Shown in pieces: positions 14,437-28,705 of a stretch of DNA of 64,000 nt. Location: contig JASVEC010000014.1 in the NCBI GenBank assembly GCA_030770535.1, positions 558,001 through 622,000 on the forward strand, written 5' to 3'. The stretch comes from Batkoa obscura (Eukaryota). The notes beneath the pieces were generated by a model. The model was given only the letters and a program-made list of their open reading frames with translations, searched no databases and had not been told where the DNA came from. How positions within the stretch are numbered: the first letter of the stretch is position 1; every line of letters begins with the position of its first letter. Position numbers and translations under genes: made by a program.

Positions 14437-14835
14437 CATAACTATAACAGGAATTTTTTTCTATAAATGTAAGCAAAGTTTAAATAGTATAACAAAAATT
14501 CTTAATTTTATTTACTGATGTCAAAAAATTTTATCAGAAATTTTTCCAGCTTGTTGAAAATTTTTTCTTATTATAGCTATGATGTGTTAATACTATAACT
14601 AAAGCAGATATAAAAAATAAAGAGACAGTTAAAAAAGATTCAATTGAATTTTTATGAGTTTACAAAAGCTGAGATTAAAATTAGCTGTATATACAAGTAT
14701 ACCTTAAATAGAATAAATAAAGTACGAATACAACTTAACCACAGCCCTGTACTCAAAAATTTATTAATAAAAATTAATAAAGTTATTATTTCAATCAATA
14801 AAACAATATCTACTTATTACAAGTCATCATACAAC

Positions 14836-16205
<1,370 letters not shown>

Positions 16206-16375
16206 GGTTTATTGAAAAAACTAAAAAAAAGGTTGAGCGTCATGGGTCAAATTTTTTTTTATTAGAAGGGTAAAGCTAAGGGTTTTTTATTGGTGAAAAA
16301 AATTTGTTTTTTTGAATGTTTTATTTTTATTTTTCCAAATTACAACCAATATTTGATTGTATCTAACAAATAGCT

Positions 16376-17215
16376 ATGGGCCATTCAGAAGCAGAACGCA
16401 ATTTTCATCTTGCAATGAAAACTACCGATGAACAATACAAAATATTGCTAACCACTCAACGTGAAGAATATTCCCAATTAGTAAAAAAGCTGGATTCCGA
16501 ACAACAAAATTTCAATTTTGAAGACGATGCTGAGTTTCAACTTGGTTTACAACAACAAGCTGAATATTTTAAAAAAATAGCTGATGAAGATCAAGCTCAT
16601 TTTGAAAAAATTCTTAAAGAAGATGAAGAATATTATAGTAATATTGAACAACTTTATCAACAACTTGACCATGGGATGAATTTAAATGAAGAGGATAATG
16701 GGGAGGATGAAAGGGATGATAACGACAAAAGTGAGGAAGAAGATAGAAAAAACCAAAAAAGTGAGAACCATAACTTTGAAGAAAACAAGGAGCAAGAAAA
16801 ATCTGGAGTAAATAGGAATGAAGAAAAAGAAGACAACATCCACCTTCCAGATGAAGAAAAAGCCAAGAATTATTTTATCCAAAAATTAGAAATATCAAAA
16901 CTAAAAGGCCAATTTTCGTCCGAAGATATAACCCGACAATGTGATGGTTGGACTTTTAATCTATCGAATATGTATCAAGAATTATCTTCATGTATTGGAT
17001 TGATGTTATTAGTAAAGTTTCCAAAAACTTATCCAAGTAGAGAGTCACCTAAATTCACCTTTTTACATCAAGATGAAGAGGGTAGGGAGAGATATAATGC
17101 AAAAGCTTTAGATAACATTGCCGATTTTTTGGAACAATTGTTTGAGCCAGGTACAACTGTGTTACAAAGTGTATTGGATTGTTTGAGATTGAATTTAAGG
17201 TTGAAGAGAAACTAG
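16376..17215 (+). CDS. Acidic coiled-coil protein with C-terminal RWD-like domain (intronless)
   Basis: 279-aa ORF; LLVKFPKTYPSRESPKF and LFEPGTTVL resemble RWD motifs. Confidence 0.6.
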   Translation: MGHSEAERNFHLAMKTTDEQYKILLTTQREEYSQLVKKLDSEQQNFNFEDDAEFQLGLQQQAEYFKKIADEDQAHFEKILKEDEEYYSNIEQLYQQLDHGMNLNEEDNGEDERDDNDKSEEEDRKNQKSENHNFEENKEQEKSGVNRNEEKEDNIHLPDEEKAKNYFIQKLEISKLKGQFSSEDITRQCDGWTFNLSNMYQELSSCIGLMLLVKFPKTYPSRESPKFTFLHQDEEGRERYNAKALDNIADFLEQLFEPGTTVLQSVLDCLRLNLRLKRN

Positions 17216-17870
17216 TTGAAGGGTGAAAGTTACGTTTGAAGTTAATGATGAAGTATATAAAAACCAGGAAGAATATGATGTAATTGCTGAGTGTAAAGAA
17301 ATTCATTGTATAGTCATCATTTAAGTGTTATTATTTTAAAATTTCAACTTTAAAATTTTAAAGTGATAAGTGTAGCTAAGTAAAATGTCTATTAGTGTTT
17401 TTTAAACAGTATAGTTTAAGGAACTTCTAACTGTAAATTTTAAATACCAAGCCATTAAAAATAAACATTATAATTACAATTTAAGTTAATAACATTTTAT
17501 TTGTGTAAATTTAGTATTTGATAAATAACATTAATACTATAAACTAATGGTTTACTATTAAATAAATAAAACTCAAAATTTTAAAAATAAAATCCAGTTT
17601 TGAAAATTAAAAGTTCAATAAAAACCGGTCTTAGTTCAAATAGGTAATTCAAAGCATGTAAATAATAAAATTTTAATTGAAACTTAATATTTAATACAAA
17701 ATGAACAAAAAACATATTGATTGTATATAAATATAGAAAATAATCGGATGAATAAAACTAACTGCAATATGGGGGTAGTAAGGTATATATATAAAATATA
17801 TAAAACATGAACTATAATATAATATAATTTTTTTTTTATCTAATTGATTTCTATCAAAATATTCTAATAA

Positions 17871-18833
17871 ATGTTAAGTCAATCCATCAAACAATTGATA
17901 AACAACTTTCTCATTTTAAATAAAATAAGTTTAGTCCTCAGTATTTTATTAATCTTGATAATCTTAACAAGTATTTTGTTAAAATTGGAAGCTAGCAAGC
18001 GATTATCATTTCGACTATATATTATTATCGGCTTAGCTGATTTACTCAATCATATCTGTTTGTTATTTGATTATGGAAAATCGAGTAGTTTATGTCATCT
18101 TTTAAATAATGTTTCTTTTTTTTCCAATTTTTTATTCATATCTGTCAATTTAGTTTTAGCTTATAATTTACATTGTATCTTTTTATTAAACAAAAAAAAG
18201 TATCTTTTTACTGAAGTTCAATATTTAATCTTTATCTTTACTTTCTCCACTGTTTTAACCACTCCCTTAATTTTTCTATCGATTTTAAATACATCTACAT
18301 GTCCTATTTGGAACATTGTACCAAGTCCAAATGATCTTTTATTAATGTATGGATTATTTGGAATTTGGGTAATTATACCATGTATTTATTGTAGTATTAT
18401 TTTCATTTTAGTACTAGCTACTATATTACGAGTGAAGTTTTTCCCAACTCGTCGAAATTCAATTGATTCCTTAGCTTCTGTTGAAGCTTTGAAGGAATAC
18501 CAATCACCCCCAATGATGAATTCAATATTAAGGTTAATTCTTTATCCCATTGTACCAAGCTTAACTTTACTTCCTTATATTATATTATATACATTCAAAA
18601 ATGAGATACCATTAACATCAACACTTTCTATTGGTATTTCTTATTTCGCTTCCACTACTCCAGGTACAATCAATTTTTTATTCTTTCTTTTTGATCCCGC
18701 AATTTTATCTATTTATAAAGAATTAAGGCAATACAAATACCCTATTAGGATACCAAATGAAGAACAAAGTGTTAATTCCAATTTAACATTAATTGAATAT
18801 AATTCCAAACCAGAACTTTATTATTTATTATGA
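17871..18833 (+). CDS. 7-TM GPCR-like receptor (Git3/cAMP-receptor-like)
   Basis: Several hydrophobic segments; RLSFRL..IGLADL, LC....., RLILYPIVP, GTINFLFFLFDPAI. Confidence 0.7.
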   Translation: MLSQSIKQLINNFLILNKISLVLSILLILIILTSILLKLEASKRLSFRLYIIIGLADLLNHICLLFDYGKSSSLCHLLNNVSFFSNFLFISVNLVLAYNLHCIFLLNKKKYLFTEVQYLIFIFTFSTVLTTPLIFLSILNTSTCPIWNIVPSPNDLLLMYGLFGIWVIIPCIYCSIIFILVLATILRVKFFPTRRNSIDSLASVEALKEYQSPPMMNSILRLILYPIVPSLTLLPYIILYTFKNEIPLTSTLSIGISYFASTTPGTINFLFFLFDPAILSIYKELRQYKYPIRIPNEEQSVNSNLTLIEYNSKPELYYLL

Positions 18834-18921
18834 TATAAATATAAAACAACCCCCTGTTATTTCAATAAAAATACGTATAAAACACAAACTATATATCTTT
18901 CCATTTTATTCGTTAAATGCA

Positions 18922-20333
18922 TCAATATTTTTTATAAACTTCAGGTCTAGCTTGTTTTAATATAGGTATATTTTGACGTATACTATTAATTTCTTCACTA
19001 TTAATTTCACCATAAACAATGGCTTCCTCATGCTCTGTTGTACTAATTACTTGGCCCCTTAATAAAATATTAATAAAAAAGCCTCCTCGTTTCTTAAAAT
19101 CATAGTTTACTTTGGATCAACAATGGTCGAATGGCCCCAAGCATTATAGCCAGCTTCTAAATCACGGGCTGGGGAGCAAGCAGCTACATAAAACTGATTT
19201 GTTAGCTTATTTTTATTATGATTGTTTTATAAATTATACTTGGTTATCAACCGCTCTATAAAAAACTCTCAATAAATAATACAATTTAATATAAAGAAGC
19301 TAAAGCGTACCTTGCTCTTTGAAGTAACTCCCAATGTAGTGGACCAGTAGTAAGGTTAAATGCACCTGGGTAAATCATAGCAATACAATCTTAAGAATTT
19401 TAGATATAGAATTTATATCAAACTCTAATACTGATTACCTTGATCTCTAGCAATATTGGCTAAATGTGGGAATCTAATATCGTAGCAAATACCAAGTCCA
19501 ATTCTACCGAACTCTAAGTTAATTAAAAGTAAGATAAAACCAGCTAATTCTCAAAAATGTTAAATATATTACTTGTTTCAAAATAAGTGGCTTTATCACC
19601 AGCCGAAAGTACTTCAGATTCCTTTACACTTGTACTTAATTTCTAAGTTTTAATTAGATCTTTATATTCTTACCTGGAACCTTATTTTCCCTGGTACATC
19701 AATATCAAATAAATGAACTTTTTGATGTTTGGCAATCAAACTTCCTATATTGTTTTAAATTAACTAGGATGTCCCTAAAATGTAACAGTCACTTACCCTC
19801 CGGGTCATAAACAGTGCAAGTATTATATAATTTATCATTAAAACGTTCAGGTATGGAGCCTTAGAAACAAAAGTAATTTAAACTATGATTTTGGAAAAAA
19901 CGTCCTTCTTTTATTACCTCCAACCAAATAAACTTTAGCCTCCTGAAATTAAACAATTTAATAAGATCTTAGTTATATATCATTATTTACCTTTGCCATC
20001 TCAGCTAGTGCATTGGAACTTTCGCCATTAGGAATGGTTTCTGCATACTCATTGAAATATTGGGTACCATAAGGGGAATTGAAACATTCCTATAAAATGT
20101 TGCATTTGTTAAGTAATTCACCATTGTCATTATCGCTGTTATTTTATTATTTTGTGTATCAACAGGTTTGATTTACTTACTGGTAGTACAATGACCTCTG
20201 CTTTATTTTTAGCTGCTTTTAAAACCAACTCTCTAGCTCTTGTTAAGTTAGTAGCTTTATTACTGCTTACTTTTAGCTGTATTAAGCCTATTTTAAAGCT
20301 TGGGAATGATAGGGATTTGATAATTGAAGACAT
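18922..20333 (-). CDS. NIT2: Omega-amidase Nit2-like nitrilase-superfamily enzyme (multi-exon)
   Basis: Spliced motifs [81 protein letters not shown]. Confidence 0.92.
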
Positions 20334-20457
20334 TAAATTTTGAAAATTACAAATAAAAAAGTTACAATTTAATTTTTAATTTCAAAGACTAAAAATTTTG
20401 ATGATGCAACCAATTTATTATTACTAAAAATAGAAGTTTTTATTTTTGAAGTACAAT

Positions 20458-21004
20458 TTAAAGCTCACCACAATCAGCAACATGAATCTTAGACTTAGGT
20501 TTACCGGACTGAGTACCTTGTTCTTCAATCTTTTTAACTACCTCTATACCTTCAACAACCGAACCAAAAACAACATGTTTATCATCTAACCAATCAGTTT
20601 TAATAGTATAAAGAAAGAATTGAGAGCCATTAGTATTGGCTTCTGCATTAGCCATAGAAAGGGTGCCAGGTCCTATAAAGCATTAGATATGTTGTAGTGA
20701 ATTATAATTTAAATAGTAGCCTAATAGTGTGCTTTAGTGTGAAATTTTTATCCTCAAAATTCTCACCATAAACAAATTTACCACCAGTACCATTACCATT
20801 AGTAAAATCACCTCCTTGGCACATAAAGTTATGTATAACCCGCTGGAAAGTAAAATCTTTATAACCAAATCCCTTTTCTCCTGTGAATAAAGCGCGAAAG
20901 TTTTCAGATGTGTTTGGAACAACGTCTTTACGAAGTTCCATAACAATAGGTCCTGCTAAGGAACCACCAATGATAGTATCAAAGTAGACGTTTGAATTAC
21001 TCAT
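20458..21004 (-). pseudogene. Cyclophilin A-like PPIase, probable pseudogene
   Basis: [30 protein letters not shown] and KHVVFG present; the single intron starts TT rather than GT at ~20724; many substitutions at normally invariant sites. Confidence 0.7.
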
Positions 21005-22551
21005 TTTTATTTTATTATTATTTTGATAAATGATAGCTAAGTTAATAACTTGGTGTACCTGTTTTCATAATAGTGAATACAGCAGTCATTTTAAATGGTT
21101 ATAAAAGGATACAACTTTTAACTAAATGAGATACTTTTAATATTGTCATTTGGTTATCTTACTTTGACTATTAGTTCTATTTTATCATTATCTAAATTAA
21201 TGGAATTTATCTCATTAGCTAAATTTAGCTTACTAATTGAACTTCATGTATCTAATAAATAGTCGTTAATACTAATAAATTTTAGGTTTCCAATGCTACT
21301 AAACAGGGAGAAATGACTTGATGTTCATAATGACAATGCTAAATACAAGAATGTTACAAAATTAATTTACTACCATTTTTAGGTTGATTTTTATTAATTT
21401 ATAAAATTATATTATTTATAGTTACCTAGATGATTTGCAGAACCACCATTCTCATGGGAATAATTGCCTTTATTTTAATCATAAATGCAATCACAATCAA
21501 AGGATGATAGAGAACTATCAAGTATGGTCGTTGCTAGTAAATTAGGGGATATTCATTATATTAATCATACATCTTTATCTCATGTTACTTAATTACAACA
21601 CCAAATATAACAGTGTATAAATCATTTGAACCATTTAACTTATTTTATTCTCATCTTTCAGTAGTTTTATACTATAAACTTAAATACTTAAAAAAGAAGA
21701 ACTTACATCAAGTAGATTGGACATGTTAATCAGTCTTCATAATTTATTATTTAGCTTTTCTTTTAAATAAGTATAGCAAGTTTTATTATTTTAAAACCAT
21801 TAACAAAATTGATTTTAAAGTAATATTATACCATATAATCCTAACTCTTGATTGACTATCTCAATAAGACCATTTAATCTTGCTTATTAATATTTTGTAA
21901 CTAGGTACTATATATTAATAAAGTTATCCTTATGATCAGTATGATTTTCTATTCTAACCTTTCATAAACAAATCATAAATTTATTATTATTTTACTCATT
22001 CTACTCATTGTTTTATAGAAAAATCAGCATTGATTATTTTGTTTACATTTTTATATTATAATATTTTTAGTTAGTCGCTAACTTTTAGTTTAATTCTATT
22101 CTATTTTTATTCATCAACACGCTACTAAATAATCATCTTATTACATGTTATTGATCTACTTTTTCTTTAGATATTGTAGCAATATCAATTATTTTTTTAT
22201 TAAATTAAATAAAAAAATATACTGCATTGAATTAAAATTTATCAATTCAAAGTCAATAACTCTACCTGTATTATGTATGTTCTTGGAATATATATTTTTT
22301 TAAAAGAAGAAGTAACCAAGCCCTTACTATTGACTAAATCTCGAAATGGATCAAAATAGTCTAAATCACTTAGGTCCCTGTCTGGGGGCTTTGAACTTCA
22401 TACCATACTGAATTGATTTAATCTTAGTTTTTCCCCAAAACGAAGTCATTATTGTTCCCTCTGGGGCTAATATGTTTGAAAAAACAACAGCATTAATAAA
22501 TAAATAAAAAATAACTTATTTATACTTTATTTATAATAGAAACTCATCATG

Positions 22552-23934
22552 TTAAACATATTGCTTTAGTGGAGTATTTTTAGTCAATTTCAAAATTGGA
22601 TTAGCTTTACGAATATCATTCAACTTTTGCGGTACAATATCACTATAAACAATTGTTTCTTTATCATCTGAGGTAGAAATTACTTGACCACTAAAAGATA
22701 AAGGATTAAGTTAAATTACAATTAATTACTAAACAAAAAAAAATAAACTTACGCTGGATCCACAATAGTTGAATGACCCCAGCTTTTATAATTTGGATTT
22801 GGATTATAGGCTGGTGCGCATCCTGCTACGTATATCTAATTTATTTTGTTCAAAATTATATCCTTATATTCTCTTTTATTATAATTACTTGATTATCAAT
22901 AGCTCTATTATTAAAGATCAATAAATAAAACTTTAATTCCAAATTAATTAATAAATTACCTAGCTCTTAATAATAATTCCCAGTCTTTTTCGGCACTGTA
23001 GTAGTCAGGCACTGCTGGGTAGATCATAGCAATACAACCTAATATCAAGGTATTAAGATAATAAATTGAGCTGATCCTTAAAATTAGCTACCTTGTTCTG
23101 AAGCTATCTTTGCATATTCTGGAAATCGAAGTTCGTAACAAATAGCTATACCAAGTTTACCATATTCTTTTAAATTATTAACTAATGTTTAATATATAAT
23201 CAAATTAATATTAAAATACCAGTATCAATATGGGTTAATTTATTTCCAGGGGTGAAAACATCACTTTCCTATGATAAAAATAAATTTCAAGGATATTAGC
23301 AATATGTTTTTTACCTACTTCTAAATATTTGGTATTTACTCCTTTTTCTCCATATAAATATATTTTTTGATGTTTGTCAATAACATTTCCTTTAATAGCA
23401 TGAGATAAAGAAAAAATTCATTAAATCATTATTTTATATACCATTTGGACCAAAGATAACACAAGTATTATATAACTTATCTTCAATTTTTTCAATAATA
23501 CTACCTAAAGTTGAAGGGTCATTAGATCCAATTTATTATTTTCGATCATATTACCACCAATAATATAAACCTTTGCTTGCTAAAATAAACAATTGATCTA
23601 CTAAATCATTCATACAAAAAATATCCTTTTCCTTACCTTTGCCACCTCCTTAAAGAAGCTAGTTGAGTCACCAGTAGTTACATCTTCACTAATGGATTCA
23701 TAATCTTTAGTATCACAACAAGAAATGAAATACTCCTATATTTTGATAATGAAAGATAATCAACACAAATTTTTTAATTATGCATAATATCAGAAACCTT
23801 ACAGGTAAGACTACAACATTAGCTCCATTTTCACTTGCTTTCAAAATCAACTCTTTCGCTTTAGCCAAATTGTTTTTTGGTTCAGTGCTAACAAGCATTT
23901 GAACTAGAGCTAATTTAAAGTTTTTTGGATTCAT
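22552..23934 (-). CDS. Divergent Nit2-like nitrilase-family paralog
   Basis: Similar exon layout to 18922-20333; E-K-C triad kept (VLPECF, KHQK, IAICYELRFPE); [10 protein letters not shown]; ends PLKQYV*. Confidence 0.85.
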
Positions 23935-24559
23935 TGTTTATACTGATAGAAAATTAGAAGATTTGGTTATATTTTTATAAAAATATAGAGCTTGATAGGA
24001 GTTTGATATGTGTTTATATAGTTTTTTCAATTTTTTCAGATACGCAGTTGTTTTAATATTATTAGGAATTCGCGTTTTTTATATTAAGATTTTTTATATC
24101 ATTGGTTGAAATTGGATATTGTATGTGAAATTTTGGTCACGCTTTTATATAATTGATCCTTATTTTGTTATCTTGTTAAATAATAAAAATTTAATTTAAC
24201 TTTTTTATCTTATTTTTATCCCTAATTCTTATTTCATGAAAAAATCAAAAATCAGTTTATTTTTAGATTGTTTTTATTTATGCCAGTATAAAATACAAAA
24301 TTAAATGTCTGAAAAAGGATAGGTAGTAAAAATTAAGAGAAGGATAGAAGCGCGAAAAATAATACTCTAGAAGTAGGTAGGTTATAAACATACGGTCTAA
24401 ATAGTGATGCAATGTATGAAGTAGTTTAGACTCTATCTTGTAAAACTTGACCCAAATGGTATATTAGGTTGCTGAAACAGTAGTGAAATGGAATCAGTTA
24501 TCAACTATCAGCGTTGTGTACTAATATAAATGTCTCAAAGGCCAAAAAATCGAATAAAA

Positions 24560-25256
24560 AATGTAATGAAGCTCATTACTAATATATTCAGTACAATAAA
24601 TAGTTTTTTCTTCAACTTGTAGTGTCGAATTTGAAATAAAATTTGTATCAGAATCTATATTATTATCAATCTCAATACCTTTAAATTATTAACTTTCGCT
24701 TTGATCGTATCTAATTCATCAGTATTTGTACTATCATATACTTCTAATATAGTCGATATTAATTTATTCGAGTTGAAGTAATTAATGATATATGTAAAAT
24801 CTGTGTTTCATTCTATCAATTTAAAGACTTCAAATTGATTTAAATACTTTTTAAGTAACATCAATCTATCAGTACAGTTAGCCTTTTTAGTTTTAGTAAT
24901 TTGGTATTTGTTTCAATATTATTATGACTATATATATTACTATTATTATTATCTCCATTACGTTTACAATAACTCCAATGCAAGGGGCTAATATTCGGAT
25001 AATGATTCAAATACTTGATTGTACTTTTATCTATAGTAACATGTCTCATTAATCCATCGTTATGCTTCATAAGAAGCTCTTAGTAGTTGCAATATTTGTT
25101 ATAACCATATTAGTAGAAAATTGAATAATATTGAATTACATTATATACATTTCTAAAGAGATATTTATTTAAGAAACACAAATCAAATAATTCTTCTGGT
25201 TCTAATGATTGAAGCATCTCTTCTAATACAGTATCATCTAGTTACTCAAATTTTAT
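24560..25256 (-). pseudogene. F-box protein pseudogene
   Basis: (ATA)KFE*LDDTVLEEMLQSLEPEELFDLCFLNKYLF resembles an N-terminal F-box; start appears mutated ATG>ATA with an in-frame TAA; the 3' boundary is approximate. Confidence 0.5.
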
Positions 25257-25739
25257 ACCTATTGTCAAAGTTGATAGACTTTAGATTGCTTTAATTATGT
25301 TTAATTAACTTTTAACAACTTTTATTCACTTCTCAAGTTTAGTATTCTTATTGAAACTAATAAATTACTTTGAAAATACTTTGCGTTTCTCTAAATCTAA
25401 AGAAATAATTTAGTTATTACAATCCAAGTGCTATATTTTTAGCAATAATTTTTATAAACAATCACTTTAATAATCAATCTTTTAACCCTTAATTATTATG
25501 TTCTATCCACGTTTTATCTTAAATTTTATATTTAAATGATCAAGTAAAAATGTCAGATGTGAATTGAACTATCTGTATTTAATCAAGCCTGCCCAATCGA
25601 GAATTTTCGATAAAGGAAATCAATTCCCGGTTTTTAAAATCAACCAATAAAATTTGTCCCAAAATTCTACCAACACTTGATCATCAAAAAAGGGATTAAA
25701 ACTGATTGATTATCAATAAAACAGGAATAAAAAGAAAAG

Positions 25740-27136
25740 ATGAGATTACCACCACAGACAATTGTTAGCAATATATCTAGACTATGTCAAAATAGATTAA
25801 GAATAAATAATCATAGCTTAGTAAGTATTCGAAGATTACATAATGGTTGGTCACAAGCGATGGAACAAGCACAAGCAGCATGTGCTATACCAGTAGAGAA
25901 GATTGTAGATCCAAAAGAGCTAGTAGGTAAAGATATTGAATTTTTAACTGACAACATACGAGACGTATTAAGTAGTGGGCATCCTGTGATCAACACCATC
26001 TCAAACTACTACTTTAAAAGCGGAGGCAAACATATCCGACCACTATTAGTATTATTAATGGCACAAGCTTGTTCCCCACTAGCAAAAGGAGAATTCAATA
26101 ACGAAGATATCAATTTACCATTAAATAACCTATTGAAACCCGGACAACTTCGCGAAAAAGACGATTTTAATACTTATTGTAGAGCACCAACAAGTGAAGT
26201 ATATTCAACTACTGAAGACGGTTGTTTTATATTACCAACTCAACGAAGATTAGCTGAAATTTCTGAAATGATCCATACAGCTTCTTTATTTCATGACGAT
26301 GTAGTCGATGACTCTGCTTTAAGGCGAGGAAACCCCTCTGTTAATGCCAAATATGGTAATAAAATGGCTATTTTAGGAGGCGACTTTTTATTAGCTAGGT
26401 CTTCCGTTGCTTTAGCTAGATTAAGAAATCCAAAAGTAATTGAGTTATTAGCAACTGTTATTGCTAATTTAGTAGAGGGAGAGCTGCTACAGATTAAAGA
26501 CACCATCCAAGTAAAAGATAAAACTAAAGATATATTCGGATGTTATATTGAAAAATCATATCTTAAAACGGCTTCTTTAATTGCTAAATCGTGTCAAGCT
26601 TCCGCTATCTTAGGCAATACTTCAAATGAGGTATCTATGATTGCTTACGAATATGGTAAAAATATTGGTATTGCGTTTCAGGTATTTTATTTTATTCTTA
26701 TTTTATTTTTATTTTGTATTGCTTTATTTACAATAATTTTAGTTAATTGACGATATGTTGGATTTCGTAGTTAGTGCAGATGAATTTGGTAAACCAGTAG
26801 GAGCTGATTTAGAATTAGGCTTGACGACAGCACCTGTATTGTTTGCTTGGGAAGAATATCCAGCATTAGGAGAACTAATCGAACGTAAATTTAGTCAAGA
26901 AGGAGATGTACAAAAAGTAAGTCATCAAAAAATCATTCCTTTATTTAAAAAGAATATTTAATAACGTAAACTAGGTAAGAGAAATGGTATTTAATAGTCA
27001 AGGATTAATAAAAACAAAAGAATTAGCATTAAAATATTCAAATGATGCTATTCAACATATTCAAAAATTACCACCTACTCAGGCTAGAAATGCACTTATA
27101 TTGTTAGCGGAAAATGTTATCTTAAGAAAAAAATAA
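25740..27136 (+). CDS. COQ1: Polyprenyl diphosphate synthase Coq1 (2 introns)
   Basis: GGKHIRP, EMIHTASLFHDDVVD, KTASLIA, FQLIDDMLDF, GKPVGADL; N-terminus resembles a mitochondrial presequence. Confidence 0.95.
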
Positions 27137-27470
27137 GCTCGATTTTTTTAATATCCAAAAAGTATTCCTTTATAGAAGATAAATATATCCCATGTTATAA
27201 TATTAAAATAACTTCTATTGTTTATTTATTTTTGTTTCTTTTTAGTATTAGTTTTTTGATAATAAATAGTTCGTTTGTAATTGTTTATAGATGTATTAAA
27301 CAGATTTGTAAGATTTATAAAATTTGTTAAATATATTAAACATGGTTAACAAATGAGAAATATATACTTTATCATAGTGATAATTAGCCCATACTATGTT
27401 GTCCAATTTTTATAAAAATCTATGGATAAAAGTATAAATAATTTAACTTTAGCAGTACTTTAATAAAAGA

Positions 27471-27542
27471 TTCTTCATGGTCCAGTGGTTAGGATTTTCC
27501 GCTTTCACCGGAACGGCCGGGGTTCGATTCCCCGTGAGGAAG
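27471..27542 (+). tRNA. tRNA-Glu (TTC)
   Basis: Acceptor TTCTTCA/TGAGGAA; anticodon arm TTCCG-CTTTCAC-CGGAA; T-loop GGTTCGATTCC. Confidence 0.95.
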
Positions 27543-27684
27543 TTTAAACTGATGTATTATTTTTAAATTTTATCATTAACATGGCTACCAATTAAATGAT
27601 TGGGCTTTTATTAAATAAAAATACCTATAATGATAAATTATGGGAAACTAACTTTTTGTTTCTTGAAAAAATTGAATTTTGATA

Positions 27685-28032
27685 ATGTCTGGAAGACAAG
27701 GTAAGGATAGAATATGATATCAAACATACTAGATATTAAAAATAGATTAGGAGGAAAATTAAAGCCACTTAAAGCTGCCAAAAAGCAAACTAAAGAGTTA
27801 GATGAAGTAAGTTTTTTTATTTTAATTTACAAGAATTTTAAATTCAAACTGTTGAATAGGAAGATCTTGCTTTTAAACAAAAACAAAAAGAAGAACAAGC
27901 CAAACTCAAGGCCTTAAAAGATAAAGCTTCCAAAGGTGGTCCTTTACGTAGGTTTTCAATTTATTTTTTAGCTTTTACTTATTTTTTAAATTTATAGTTA
28001 GTGGAGGTATTAAAAAATCCGGAAAAAAATAA
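27685..28032 (+). CDS. TMA7: Translation machinery-associated protein 7 (3 introns)
   Basis: Spliced: [64 protein letters not shown]. Confidence 0.95.
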
Positions 28033-28246
28033 ATGTGATTTAAATATACTCTATTTTTTAAATAAAGATATTACTATTTTCACAATATATTAAAAACATA
28101 GAAAAAGGAGCTAATTAAAAATGTACTATTTTATTAACACATAAAAAAAGAGAAGATATAAACTTAAAAATTTTATGACAAGACTTTGTAGTATAAAGAA
28201 ACAATAATTAAAAAAGATACTATTTAACCAAATCCCCAATTATTTT

Positions 28247-28705
28247 TTAAAACAATGAGTCTTCTTCATCGTCTTTTTTTCTATAAACCCTTTTCTTTTT
28301 AAACTCATTTTCAATATGATTTTCAATAATATCCTTCGTGAGTAAACCCAAATGACGTTTAAACTCCCTTGGTGTTTCTATATTAGGTGAATCTACTACA
28401 TTATTGACGTTCATAACTTCTTGTTCACCATCAAACTCAAGGCTTCTATCGAATCGAATACTAGCTTCAAGCATCCTTTTGATCAACTCATTCCCGTTTA
28501 CGTGCGCTTGATTTCCTGAATTCGTCCTTATTGTCCGATGATTTAAACCTTTATAAATTTTAATGAAATGAATCAACGCTTCTTTATACCCCTCACAATA
28601 ACTGTTATCCACCCCCTGTTGAGATTGTCGATATAAGTTGCTTAATGTTTGAGTGGCTTTTTTGAAAGCAAGGTATAAGGCTTTATCTGGGTTGGAGTTG
28701 GACAT
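28247..28705 (-). CDS. HAPSTR1/UPF0472-like protein
   Basis: LYLAFKKATQTLSNLYRQS...SYCEGYKEAL resembles the F..AA.AVTNLYK...GY pattern of the family; basic NLS-like C-terminus. Confidence 0.55.
   Translation of the reverse strand: MSNSNPDKALYLAFKKATQTLSNLYRQSQQGVDNSYCEGYKEALIHFIKIYKGLNHRTIRTNSGNQAHVNGNELIKRMLEASIRFDRSLEFDGEQEVMNVNNVVDSPNIETPREFKRHLGLLTKDIIENHIENEFKKKRVYRKKDDEEDSLF

Noticed and set aside
16657..17306. Minus-strand ORFs 16657-16866, 16682-16882 and 17055-17306
   Set aside because: Antisense shadows of the 279-aa gene; low-complexity hydrophobic translations
22370..22470. GC-richer patch with two small hairpins and a CATACCATACTGAA 5S-like word
   Set aside because: The rest does not match 5S rRNA or snRNAs; more likely a coding remnant
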